Shown: one piece after another, positions 39,455 through 51,226 of the stretch
How the letters are laid out: the number at the start of each line of letters is the position of its first letter
How positions within the stretch are numbered: the first letter of the stretch is position 1
NCBI RefSeq assembly: GCF_001194135.2
Contig: NC_068986.1
Span: 11,189,259 to 11,253,258 of the forward strand
DNA: 64,000 nt
Reading direction: 5' to 3'
DNA from: Octopus bimaculoides
Lineage: Eukaryota
Notes under the pieces: generated by a model
Told to the model about the DNA's origin: nothing
Seen by the model: the letters and a program-made list of their open reading frames with translations, nothing else
Databases searched by the model: none
Made by a program: the position numbers and the translations under genes

Positions 39455-41269
39455 ATGCCAACTAAAAAGTCTCAGAAATCTAAAAAAAGGAAGAAAACTC
39501 CTCATTGCAGAAATGAGGCTGATTCCAGTGATGTAGGGGCCAAAATTGAGCATAATCAAGAGACTGAAGGTGCAATGAAAGAGTCTGACCAAAAACTAGA
39601 GAAGACTATCAGATGTGATTTTTGTCATGAAGAGTTTAACCTGAAGAGTCAGTTGCGATCACATCACCTGCTTCATGTCAGTTGCAGACCTTACCGATGC
39701 AATTACTGTTCAAAAGGGTTTCTTAAGTTAGGGGACCTGACTAAACATGAACGGTCTCATACAGGGGTTAAGCCTTTTAAGTGCACCTTCTGTGACAAAG
39801 CATTTACAGAATCTGGGACTCTTACTGTGCACACACGCACTCATACCGGAGACAGGCCATTTAAATGTACATACTGCACAAAAGCTTTCATTCAGTCGAG
39901 TGACTTGAAGAAGCACACTCGTATTCATACAGGTGAGAAGCCGTACAAGTGCTGCTACTGTGATAGAGACTTCTCGGAGTCCAGTTCATTATCGCATCAT
40001 TCTAAATTACATTTAAATGAACCAGCATTTCAATGTATATACTGCAACCAAAAGTTTAAAACATTGACACAGCTTGATGCACACAGTCATATTCACAGTG
40101 AAAATAAAATACACAAATGTGATTATTGTGACAAGTCCTTTGCTCATCTTGGTAACCTTGCGGTGCATACAAAGACTCACATAGAAAAAAAGCCGTTTAC
40201 ATGTGACTTCTGTCCTAAAACATTCTTTAGGACTGGGGATCTCCTAAAACACATCCGTACACATACAGGGGAGAAACCATTTGCATGTAGTTATTGTGAT
40301 AGAAAGTTTACTGAATCTGGAACATTAAATGTACATTTACGCCGTCATACTGGTGAGAGGCCTTATGTGTGTCCTATCTGTACGAGGGCTTTTATTCAAT
40401 CAAGTGATCTTAACAAGCACAAAAAGACACACAGAATTAATGACCAATATACACTCAACGAATATTTAGGTTTGCAACAGGTGCAAAATTCAATGCCAGT
40501 CAATGAGTCTTCTCATATTGGACACACTAAGATTATTTCAAGGACTTCTTTAACAGAAACCACAGGTTTGCCTCAGTTTAACGAGTCAGAGACTCAAATC
40601 TATTCGTGTAAGATGTGTGACGAGAAGTTCCCTACAGAAAACAATCTGTCTGCACATCTTATGTATCACCAAGAAGTTGCTTGCAACTCTGTTAATTCTG
40701 ATTACACTAAACCATATTCCTGTGAATACTGTGAGAAAACGTTTTCACAACTGTCTAATCTTGCTGTTCATACAAAGACCCATCTTGGAGGTAAACCGTA
40801 TAACTGTGATTTTTGTGATAAAGTCTATATGCGTCCCAGCGACTTGAACAAGCATATGAGATATCACACTGGCGATCGCCCCTATAAATGTGAGATTTGC
40901 CAGAAAGCTTTTACTGAGTCTGGTTCATTGAAGATCCACCAGCGAAGCCATACTGGGGAAAGACCTTACAAATGTAGCCTGTGCCCCAAGGCATTTGTAC
41001 AGTCGAGCGACTTGAAAAAACATATGAGAATTCATACAGGGGAAAAACCTTACAACTGCAAATTTTGCTTGAAGACATTTTCTGAATCTAGCTCTTTAAC
41101 CGTCCATATGAGAAGTCATACGAAATACCGACCGTATAAGTGTAATGCGTGTGATAGAGCTTTTGTACAGTCTGGGGATTTAAAGAAACATCTAAGAACC
41201 CACAGTGAAGAAGCTACAAGCTATTGCGACGGATATAGGGCTGACACTTCTTTAAGCATGCCAGTTTAA
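39455..41269 (+). CDS. C2H2 zinc-finger protein, 604 aa, 17 fingers in one coding exon
   Basis: Uninterrupted ORF with 17 C-x2-C-x12-H-x3-H motifs and many TGEKP/TGERP/TGDRP linkers. Basic N-terminus (KKSQKSKKRKK) is a likely NLS. First ATG is at 39455; the track start at 39434 is GTG. No orthologue recognised. Confidence 0.96.
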   Translation: MPTKKSQKSKKRKKTPHCRNEADSSDVGAKIEHNQETEGAMKESDQKLEKTIRCDFCHEEFNLKSQLRSHHLLHVSCRPYRCNYCSKGFLKLGDLTKHERSHTGVKPFKCTFCDKAFTESGTLTVHTRTHTGDRPFKCTYCTKAFIQSSDLKKHTRIHTGEKPYKCCYCDRDFSESSSLSHHSKLHLNEPAFQCIYCNQKFKTLTQLDAHSHIHSENKIHKCDYCDKSFAHLGNLAVHTKTHIEKKPFTCDFCPKTFFRTGDLLKHIRTHTGEKPFACSYCDRKFTESGTLNVHLRRHTGERPYVCPICTRAFIQSSDLNKHKKTHRINDQYTLNEYLGLQQVQNSMPVNESSHIGHTKIISRTSLTETTGLPQFNESETQIYSCKMCDEKFPTENNLSAHLMYHQEVACNSVNSDYTKPYSCEYCEKTFSQLSNLAVHTKTHLGGKPYNCDFCDKVYMRPSDLNKHMRYHTGDRPYKCEICQKAFTESGSLKIHQRSHTGERPYKCSLCPKAFVQSSDLKKHMRIHTGEKPYNCKFCLKTFSESSSLTVHMRSHTKYRPYKCNACDRAFVQSGDLKKHLRTHSEEATSYCDGYRADTSLSMPV

Positions 41270-41979
41270 ATTAACTGACCCCAAAATGCTTGGATAACAT
41301 AAAAGAAAATCTCTTGCAGTGTTATTGTCAAGCAAATTAAATTTAAAAATAAAAAAAATAAGACTTCCATGGAAATGGAAAAAAAAAAAAAAAAATTTTT
41401 TTTTTGGCACAGTATTTGGGATCCTACTCTCTTGAACAATAATTTCAATAAATAATCCATTTGCTAAAAGTCAAAGTCCCAAAGAAAAGAAAACCCTAAA
41501 CCTTGACCTTTTTGCATGTCAAACTGTGATAGGACTTTTCTAATTCTGTTCTGATCAAAAAACAAAATGAAAACAGGACTATTTTCACCTCACTGTCTAA
41601 TTATTCCACTTAAATAAAAAAACAAAATTATATTTATTTTGTTTAATTTATATTAATTTTAATTCTTTTGCTGGACAGCAACACTTACGTTTTTGTCCAG
41701 TTGAATAGTTGCCTGCCTTTTTTTTTAATAATTATTTAAAATAAAGTCGCAGTGAGTTGACCAAAAAATGGTAGAATCTTGAGATTTAATGTCTTATTTT
41801 GTTTGCTCTTTCTTAAATACAGAGATACACCACAGCAGAAATTTGATTTAATGACAAAACAAACAAATGAAGAACTATTTGTACTTCATTTGGCTGCTAT
41901 GAGGTACTTTGCTTTGTTGCTTTAATGTACAGGGTTACTATAACAACTTGGTCATGTGACAAAACTATTTTCTCCCTAA

Positions 41980-42144
41980 TAGGCATGGCTTTGTGGTAAG
42001 AAGTTTGCTTCCCAACCACATGGTTCCAGGTTCAATCATACTGTGTGACACCTTGCGCAAGCGTCTTCTACTATAGCCTCAGGCCAACCAAAGCCCTGTA
42101 AATGGATTTAGTAGATGGAAACTGAAAGAAGCCCAGCATCTGTA

Positions 42145-42181
<37 letters not shown>

Positions 42182-42390
42182 TTATGTCTGTCTGTCCCCT
42201 ACCACTACTTGACAACCAGTGTTGGTGCGTTTATGTTCCTGTAACTGAGTGGTTTGGCAAAAGGACCCAAAAGAACAAGTACCAGGCTTTAAAAAAACAA
42301 GTACTGGGATTGATTGATCTGACTAAAAATTCTTCAAGGTGGTGCCCCAGCATGGCCACAGTCTAACTACTGAAACAAACAAAAGATAAC
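41980..42390 (+). mobile_element. SINE family A
   Basis: Full head (gcatggctttgtggtaagaagtttgcttcccaacc) through the tail. Confidence 0.85.
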
Positions 42391-42649
42391 ACTTTTGTGC
42401 TGTGCTCCTTGGCAACACGTATTACTCTACTTTGCTCTAGTCTGCTAAGCTAACAAGAAAAACTTTCGTTATGGTTGAATATTTAATTATCAGCATTAAC
42501 CAGTTGTGTCAACAGTGTATGTGTTTGGGGTCGAATGGAGATCTAAAACTTGCTGCCAACAGGCAGGGGAATAGAAAAACTGACGAAAACCAAAATTATA
42601 TAAAAAAAAAGAAAAAAATTCATTCTTTACTTTTTATTTGATTCAGTTA

Positions 42650-43000
42650 GGAAATGGTGGCCATGCTGGAACAGTGCCTTGAAAAATTTTTAGTTGAATA
42701 AATTGACCCCAGTACTTGCTCTCTTTTTTTAAAGCCTGGTACTTACTCTATCAGTTTCTTTTGCTGAATCACTAAGTTACGGGGGAAATAAACACAACAC
42801 CAGTTGTCAAGTGGTGGTGGAGGACAAAGACACACACACACACATCTATATACATACAATGAGCTTCTTTCAGTTTCCATCTACCAGTTCCACTCACAAG
42901 GTTTTTGTTGGCCCAAGGCTTGCCTAAGATGCCATGATGTGGGACTGAACCCAGAACTATGTGATTGGGAAGCAAGCTTTTTACCACACAGCCACATTCT
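42650..43000 (-). mobile_element. SINE family A
   Basis: Inverted full-length copy. Confidence 0.85.
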
Positions 43001-43499
43001 GTGCCTATTTTATATAGATATTTTTCAGTATTTAGGCATTTTCCTATATACTGGCAGTACCACATGAGCATTCCATGGTCCATTGTCAGCCATAAAACAT
43101 CTCTTTACTCATTAATAATATCATGTCATTTCTTTCAGAATTCTTTGATTAATCTCCAGGAAATCCTGTCTATTCTCTCCGGTCATGTTTTTTTTCTTCT
43201 AACCTGTTTTCTAATTCTGGCTTGTGTAATATATTCTTAGCATATTTTTGTCTTGATTAACAATTTTAATTCTCTCTCTCTATCGTACAGACACTTTCCC
43301 CTTTCAATAGCATGACAAATTATTTTTATACCACAGGAGTTTATCATTAATACTTTAATATGATAGAAAATGCTGTGAATTTAAAGCATAAAGCACTAGT
43401 TATATAATCTTTCATTTTCACTTTTGATGAAAGACGTTTGGGCTAAATTTAACCATTTTTTTTTTAATGTCTCCTTATTTTTCAGGAACAGTCAACAGC

Positions 43500-44222
43500 G
43501 TTGGAGAGCATTAAGATTAAAAAGCGTTAGTTGACATGGTAGACTGGAAGCCATCTAAGTATTGGAAAAGAGTTACTTGTATCATGATAATTCATGCAGG
43601 GTGTCAAAATGCTGATATTATGGCTGTTGTTCAATGAAAGAAAAAAGTGAGGATTTGTGAACACTGCAAAGACTGTAAGACATGACATGGAAATTATGAA
43701 GACCAAGTTTCCCCAGACTGTGATGGTCTTTGGGTGTGTCTCCAGTTAATGATGACATGCTACCCCAAGACTTGAACAGGGCCTTAGGCTCAGTTCAGAT
43801 GGCTATGTGAAGCTGCTGCTGGAAGTCCGTATGTGTGGTAGCAGGATTTGGTTCCTTGCCATACTTCCAGAAAAAGTCAGAAGTGGTTATTGGAGAATTT
43901 CTACAACTTCACCAGACCCAATTTCTGGCTGTCTAATTCCCCCCCCCCCTCCGATCGTAATCCCATGGATTACTATATGTGGGGTGCAGTTGAGAAAGAC
44001 ACTAATCGTTAAGCTGGTGGCCGAGATCAAGGAGGGGTTTGAAGATCTTCCCAGAGACACAATGACGAATGCATGCACTACATTCCAGAGCCATCTTGAG
44101 GCCATGGTGTCAGCTGTGGGCAGCTACTTTGAGTAAACCGTTCTCTTCCAGACATAATTTAGTTTTGTTATTCTTGGATGAGATATTGTGTTTTCTTTTG
44201 CTTATAATGCAAACTGCCAAAT
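43500..44222 (+). mobile_element. Tc1/mariner DD37D (maT-like) transposase remnant
   Basis: KTKFPQTVMVFGCVS, QD...PCHTSRKSQKWL...NSPD.NPMDYYMWG. About 37 residues between the 2nd and 3rd Asp after removing a poly-C slip. Ends in ctg-TA. Confidence 0.85.
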
Positions 44223-44473
44223 TTAGCCTGAATGCCCTGTAGATCTGTTACACCAGTCAGGTGCTGTGCTGTGGAAAATTCTAACCTGGAGGGAATAAAC
44301 ACTAAAACTACCACAACTGTAAGTCATTAACAGTTTTATATCCTGGTGCTGATCAAACATTTCAATGTAACAAAGTAGAATGTATAATAAAAATTTCATT
44401 TAATGTTTATTTCAATATAAAAGCAGACATTAAAAAAAAAGACTTGAACAGGTAACAGGAAATCTTTAAAGAA

Positions 44474-44508
44474 TTAATTAGTCTCCATGTCTTCTTTCTT
44501 TTCATCAT
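44474..44508 (-). CDS. THOC7: THOC7 probable last coding exon (DDEKKEDMETN*)
   Basis: Acceptor tttttctttttcag. Phase-1 join gives an acidic tail resembling vertebrate NDEK...METD. Stop at 44474-44476, minus-strand AATAAA at 44406-44411. Confidence 0.8.
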
Positions 44509-45384
44509 CTGAAAAAGAAAAATTACATGTGTGTGTGTGTGTTAATTTTAAATTAAACAGTTGCCCTTTTTAATATAAATAATATCAAACACAGATTTGA
44601 GATAGAAAAATAAACCTTCCTACAGTCAATACAATACAACAGTACATGAACATTCCTTCCTTCTTTCCTCTTCTGTGTATGTGTGTCTAAAGTTATTGGA
44701 GAGCTGGCTGGCATAAGAGTAGGATAGATAAGAACTGAATTTGCTCAGACAGGTCAGATACTTAAAATCCAACCAAGACCTCAATTGATGAAAACCAGAG
44801 AAAAGGAAGATTAGGTTTATTATAAGAGCAAGTGAAAACCTGGCAGTCTGCCTCACAGGGAAGATTTTAGGCAATGAGAAAAGGTCTTTGTAAAACTTAT
44901 GAAAATTACATCAGAGAAACGAATTAAGGGAAGAGCTTGTTGTGGTGTTATATAGCAACACAATCTACATGCTTACCTATTTACAATGGAGGGATGTCCA
45001 CCACAAACCACTCTATAATCTGTCCTGATCCCCAGTTTGTAGTGGAACTCCCTACATAGCTTGGGTTGCTGTGAGTTGATATATTTATTACACCATAACA
45101 AGCTCTTCCCATTAATTCACTTCTCTAAAGTAATTTTCATATAACAGCACAAGTTCTACAAGGACCTTTTCTCATTACCTAAAATTTTTATTACCACTTA
45201 CTGCTTCCCTGCAAGGCAGACCACCTTCTTTTCACCTGCCCTTATAATATGCCTAATCTTCCTCTCCTCTGGTTTTCATAGTACTGATTCTTCTTTAGTT
45301 ACCCTACCCCTCTCCCAAGGATTCCCTTTTTCCCCCTCTACTTTTGTCCTCACCACCACCAGCACTCTATCCACTTTGAACCTT

Positions 45385-45665
45385 TCATTGTCGTCGTTTA
45401 ACGTCCACTTTCCTTGCTGGCATGGGTTGGACGGTTTGACTGAGAACTGGTGAGCCAGATGGCTGCACCAGGCTCAATCTGATCTGGCAAAAATGCCCTT
45501 CCTAATGCCAACCACTCAGAGAGTGTAGTGAGTGCTTTTACTATGCCACCGGCACGAGGGCCAATCAGGTAGTTCTGGCAACGACCATGCTCAAAAGGTG
45601 TTTTTTACGTGCTACCTGCATGGGAGCCAGTCAGGTGGCACTGGCAACGACCACGCTCGAATGTT
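45385..45665 (-). mobile_element. Family D retroposon
   Basis: Inverted copy. Confidence 0.8.
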
Positions 45666-46189
45666 GTTTTTTCATATTTGTAAACACTGCAATGAAATAC
45701 ATCTTTAGCCATATTCTTTGGATGAGGGTGGAATCCTTAGAACTTGTCTTACTTCATAGGCCCAGGACATCATGGTTTTTTATTATGTATAAACATAGTT
45801 ACAGCACAAGTCGTGATTCTCTTGAAATAGTTGTCAGCATAAGACATAACTCCTTTCTTTATTCTGTATCTTGTGAATATAAGCATTAAGCCTACTTAGG
45901 TTTATCTGCCTTTCTACTTCTATAGAGGCAGAAAGGGTGTGATTTGAGGGAGATTTGGTTGCTATTTCTGTTCTGACAGTGGAAGTTGGCTGTGTTTAAA
46001 GTTGGGATGTAAGGCTTCCCAGATGAAACAGGATTAAGATAACTGGCAACCTACCATACTCTACACTTATCTGACTCATGCCAACATGTAAAACTGGTTT
46101 TAAATGGTAAGATGCAGGATTACACACAGACACGTGGAGAATCAACTTGATCATTAAAAGTTAAGAAAACTGGCAGAATTATTATTAAG

Positions 46190-46620
46190 AAGATGTAGTG
46201 GCAGAATCAGTAGCATACTGGGCAAAACTGCTTATTGACATTTCATACGTTCTGGGTTCAAACCTCACCAAGGTCAACTTTGCCATTTATCCATTTGGGG
46301 TTGATGAAATAAGTACCAGTTACGCACTGGGGTCAATGTAATTATCTAGCCCCTTCCCACAAATTTCAGACCTTGTGCCTACAGAAGAAAGGACTATTAT
46401 TAATATTATGAAGGTGGTGAGCTGGCCAAAATCCTCAGCAGATTTCTTCAGGTTATGTTTCGAGCTCAAATACAGACATGGTTAGCTCTACCTTTCATTC
46501 TTTTAGGCGCCAATAAATTAAGTACGAGTTGGACACCGGATTCAATATAATCGACTTAGCCATGCTCCTGAAATTGCCGGCCTTGTGCCAAAATGCGAAA
46601 TTAATATTATTATTATTATT
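46190..46620 (+). mobile_element. Two tandem family-B SINEs
   Basis: Two successive head-to-tail copies (break at ~46410), each ending in an ATT-rich tail. Confidence 0.75.
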
Positions 46621-46928
46621 AGCACTTCTATGCAAACGAAGACAGAGTTATTCTTTTCTGCTGATAACAATATTTGTTAAATTTCTCCAGGTCTTTCAAC
46701 TGCAATCTGACCTCGTCAGATAAAAATATCTCAATCTTTATTGAAAATAAAAATATAGAGACATAGCAAGTGAAGGTTTTTATTTTTTTAAACTCTTTCA
46801 AACAAACAATCATGGTTTATTAATGTTTGTGCATGTTTAATCTGACCTTTGACCTACTTGCTGAGCTATTTTGATTCAGGTGAATAAATGGTTATCTTTG
46901 CATTTCAATCTAAGCTCTACCACAGTTA

Positions 46929-46986
<58 letters not shown>

Positions 46987-48397
46987 TATACATACATACA
47001 AATATATGGTTCAAAATGATACACAAAACAAAAGACAAGTGAGGGATTATCAAATAGGGTGCATTAGTTGGATGCACAGCAAAAAATAGAAGTTTTTGAT
47101 CTTCTGAACCGATGCTCTCCTACAGAAAGGAATGAGGTAAAATATACCATGTCCGGATTAAACACAAATTACATCAATACATTAGGAGGTACAGAAGGTG
47201 ATGGCGGGAGTTGCATCATACGAGATCATTTGAAATGGGAGACGTTGGACTAAACATTCGAGTCAGACAGAGTTATCTCCCTGTCACTAAAAATACAATC
47301 GGTGTTAAGCAAGCCTCACTGAGACGCAGCTTTTTGTAGCTTGGTGCCTCCTTTCATCAAATGCTGTTTGATTAGAATAATCAAACAAGTTAATACTGTA
47401 ATGGTTATTATCCATATTTTCGTATTTTATCTTATCCAGCATCTGCCCCTTTTCACATCTTGGTGTGAATTAGTGCTCTTTCTTATTTTTAATTTTTCAA
47501 GAAATTATGGGAATATTGCCTTTAACACCCATTTTTCCATGCTTTTTTGGGTTGCCTGAAATTTGCAGAGGTAGATATTCTACAGTCAGACCCTCACCTG
47601 TTTCCGTGTAAGGTAATATCTTCTCTGCAGGCAGACATATTTTTATGGAAGATAGGAAACAAATGACCCTACTTGTACGATTGTGACACTCGCTTACAAC
47701 TATCACGTGACAAGGGGGACACGTAAACATAAAACACACAAATCTGACCCACGCGAGCGTAGAAAAGTGGTTGTTGAAACGACAACGATTCTATACACAC
47801 ACATAAAGTGCACTCAGTCCACTCTGTGGAGTGGTTGGCGTTAGGAAGGGCATCCAGCCGTAAAAACCATGCCAAAACAGACACAGAAGTCTGGTGCACC
47901 TCTCTGGCATACCAGTTCTAGTCAAACTGTCCAACCCATGCCAGCATAGAAAGCGGACGTTAAATGACGATGATGACATGCACGTGTACAGGCTTCTTTC
48001 AGCTTCTGTCTTCTGGCTCCACTCACAAGGCTTTCTATGTCCGGGGCCATAGTTGAGGAGACTTGCCCAAGGTGCTGCACAGTGGAACCGAACTCTAGAT
48101 CTCATGTTTGAGAAGCAAACTTCTGAACCTTACAACCATGTCTGCACCGAAAATGCAACAAAATCATCTCGGATCTTGGCATGGCCTCCTTTGGGTTTCT
48201 GCCCCCTCTCTTAACACAGTGTTTAACTTATATTCTAATTCCAACAAAGATTTTTTCAAAACTGTGTTTGAAATATAAATACAAAATAAAAACCTGGATT
48301 ATTTTATTTCTAAGTAAGATCATGACTTGTCTGAACACCCAGTAATTGCTTGAGATTTCCTGCTTTTTGTGAGCTGACAATGCCACCAAAAGGTTAA

Positions 48398-48619
48398 CCC
48401 TTTTGTTACCAACTCGGCTGAAACCGGTTCTGGCTCTAAGTACAAATGTCTTGTTTTCATAAGTTTTGAACTAAAATCTTCCTCCAAACCTTAAGTCACA
48501 ATTTATGTTCCTAACACTAGCTGAATGGTAACTAAGTTATTTTACTAAATTCTTTGTTATATTTAAAATTAATTGAAAGAAACACAGAACATCTCAACAG
48601 AAATATGGTAAGAAAAGGG
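48398..48619. mobile_element. piggyBac-type MITE, copy 1
   Basis: TTAA-CCCTTTTGTTACCA ... TGGTAAGAAAAGGG-TTAA. Confidence 0.85.
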
Positions 48620-48651
48620 TTAAATATATATAATAGAGAAACAATTCTTAA

Positions 48652-48872
48652 CCCTTTTGATACCAACCCGGCTGAAACCAGCTCTGGCTCTAAGTACAAA
48701 ATGTCTTGTTTTCATAAGTTTTGAATTAAAATCTTCCACCAAACCTTAGTCAGAATTTATGTTCCTAACACTAGCTGAATGATAACTAAGTTATTTTACT
48801 AAATTCTTTGTTATATTTAAAGTAATTGAAAGAAACACAGAGCATCTCAAAATAAATACAGTAATGAAAGAG
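48652..48872. mobile_element. piggyBac-type MITE, copy 2 (tandem)
   Basis: Closely similar to copy 1 and TTAA-flanked; the right end reads GAG instead of GGG. Confidence 0.85.
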
Positions 48873-48944
48873 TTAAGGGCCACTGGTCAAACCAAAATAA
48901 TATAGTTTAAAAAACGCCCCGAAACTGGATCTCTGTGGGTTACA

Positions 48945-49203
48945 ACAAGAGTTCCAGTTGATTCGGTCAACGGAACATATTGCTTGTGAAATCAACGTGG
49001 TTCTCATGGAGATTCAGCATGACACAGAATATGACAAGGCTGGGCCCTTTGAAATACAGGTACAACTCATTTTGGCCAGCTGAGTGGACTGGAGCAACAT
49101 GAAAGAGTGTCTCGCTCAAGGACACAATGCACTGCCAGGAATTGAACTCATGGCCTTATGATTGTGAATTGAATATTTTAACCACTAAATCAAGTGCCTT
49201 CAC
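48945..49203 (-). mobile_element. SINE family C
   Basis: Reverse complement of the other C copies. Confidence 0.8.
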
Positions 49204-49649
49204 TAATATGGTTAACCTGTAAAGAGAAACTGAGTACTTAATCTGGTGGATGTGGACATGGATATACTCAGAATATGGAGAGGAAAATTGGTTTGTTGAA
49301 GCAGCTGACATCTCATCATTGCAATATTTGTTTTCCTTCATTCCAGCATTATACTTCTAATGAACAAAGCACTTTGCTGCTTCTTTACCCTAGATTAAGA
49401 AGGATTGCGTTATTCAATACATCTCTCCTTCTTAAGATAGTAAAGTATAATCTGAGGGAGACTTAACTGCCATTTCTAGCTGGTTGTGAAACCATGCAGA
49501 GTCTTCACCCTGGGCTTATTCTGGTTGCATTCAAAGACATGAAATTGCAAGGAAATGCCTTGAGATTAGATATTATCAGCTAGGTGTACAACTGAAACTA
49601 AGACCCAGTCACCAATGAGACCATACCACCAATAATAATAACAATAATA

Positions 49650-50200
49650 AAGCTATGCCAACACTATGGAATAACAACAGAAAAAAGATGGTATAAACAC
49701 GCCAGAAAAGGTCACAGAAAACGAGAAAGCAACCATACTCTGGGATATGCCAATACACACAGATTGAGAAATTAAGGCAAATAGACCAGATATAGTTGTC
49801 AAAGATCATGAAGAAAAAAATGCTTTCTAATTGATGTATCAATACCAGCAGATGACAACGTCTCTCTAAAAGAAATGGAAAAACTTTCAAAATACAAAGA
49901 CCTGGAAATAGAGGTAACTCGAATGTGGAATCTAAAAACAGAAACAATTCCTATTATAGTAGGTGCCTTAGGTATAATAAAAAATTATTCAGACAAATAC
50001 ATAACAAAAACACCAGGACTTACAAATATATATATAACATACAGAAAATTGCACTACTGGGCACAGCACACATCCTACGCAAAACACTTTCAATACAGTA
50101 ACCATAAGAGCACCTCAGCAAACCACAGCACATACCCAAGGCGCACAGAGCTGCACTCGGTAGTGAAGTGAAAGCATGTTATAAAAATAAAACTACTGAA
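49650..50200 (+). mobile_element. R4/Dong-like LINE 3' fragment (restriction-like endonuclease domain)
   Basis: Conceptual translation WDMPIHTD-EIKANRPDIVVKD...LIDVSIP...EKLSKYKDLEIE...IIVGALG, with stops and frameshifts. (AAT)n on both sides. Confidence 0.85.
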
Positions 50201-50221
50201 CAATAATGATAATAATAATAA

Positions 50222-50442
50222 TCCTTTCTACTAAAGACACAAGGCCTGAATTTTTTTTTTTTGGCGGGGGAACTAGTCGATTACATCAACCCCGTGTTTC
50301 ACTGGTACATATCTTATCGACCCTGAAAGGATGAAAGGCAAAGTTGATCTTGGCAAAATTTGAACTCAGAATGTTAAGACAGATGGAATGCCATGAAGCA
50401 TTTTGCCTGGCATGCTAATGATTCTGCCAGTTCTCTGCCTTA
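50222..50442 (-). mobile_element. SINE family B
   Basis: Minus-strand copy whose (ATT)n tail abuts the R4/Dong fragment. Confidence 0.8.
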
Positions 50443-51156
50443 CCGATAATAATAATCGTGATGATGATTTCAATTGACCTTATTGATCTTTGAAGAATAA
50501 GGGGTTAATTTTGTGTCAGCAAAATTTTGAATTGAAAACATAAATATCAGAAGCTAATCTGGCCATTCCCTCTATTTACTATAATAAAGAAAGCTGCTTA
50601 TTAATTTGTATGGAATAACTTTTACTAAAAGTAAGCAATTGTTAAAGTCTACATTGTCTAGAAAATTCTTATAAATTCCAATTTTAATATACTTTTATCA
50701 GAATTGGTTTTCAAATTTTTGTTATTGAAGATTTCAATTTCATGATTTAATCACAAAACTAATTTTTATTTACTGCGACATAGTCGTCTTATACTGTGAG
50801 ACAGTGTTCTTAATGTCTCTGTTTTATTTCTTCTGGAAATATAAAGATTGCCCAAATATTTTCAACTCTATTTTCTACAGACATATCATTAAAAACATTT
50901 CTCCAGCATCAGCTGAAGGATGTTGACTCCAGTATCCTTTCATATTTGTTGGACGTTTTTAAAGAAATAGAAAGCAGAAGAAGAAAATGCTAATTCTACC
51001 AAATATAAATTTGTCTATTTGATGGAGAACAACTATACCGAATCCTTCTACCATTCTGCATAATTTAGTCAATCCTTAGGCGCTAGAGCTATTCATTATT
51101 AAGAAGAATTTTAAGAAGTCAGTACCCTCGATTGGTGAATGGCAGCAGATATTTAC

Positions 51157-51226
51157 CTTCAAGAATGCCCTCTAGGTCATGAATAGCAGATATTAAAACA
51201 TGGAACTGTTTGCGTCTTAAGTCCAA
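51157..51226 (-). CDS. THOC7: THOC7 internal exon (LDLRRKQFHVLISAIHDLEGILE)
   Basis: 70-nt exon, acceptor cttttatctgctttcag, donor gtaaat, phase 0/1. Matches the THOC7 motif LELRRKQFHVLLSTIHEL. Confidence 0.94.
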
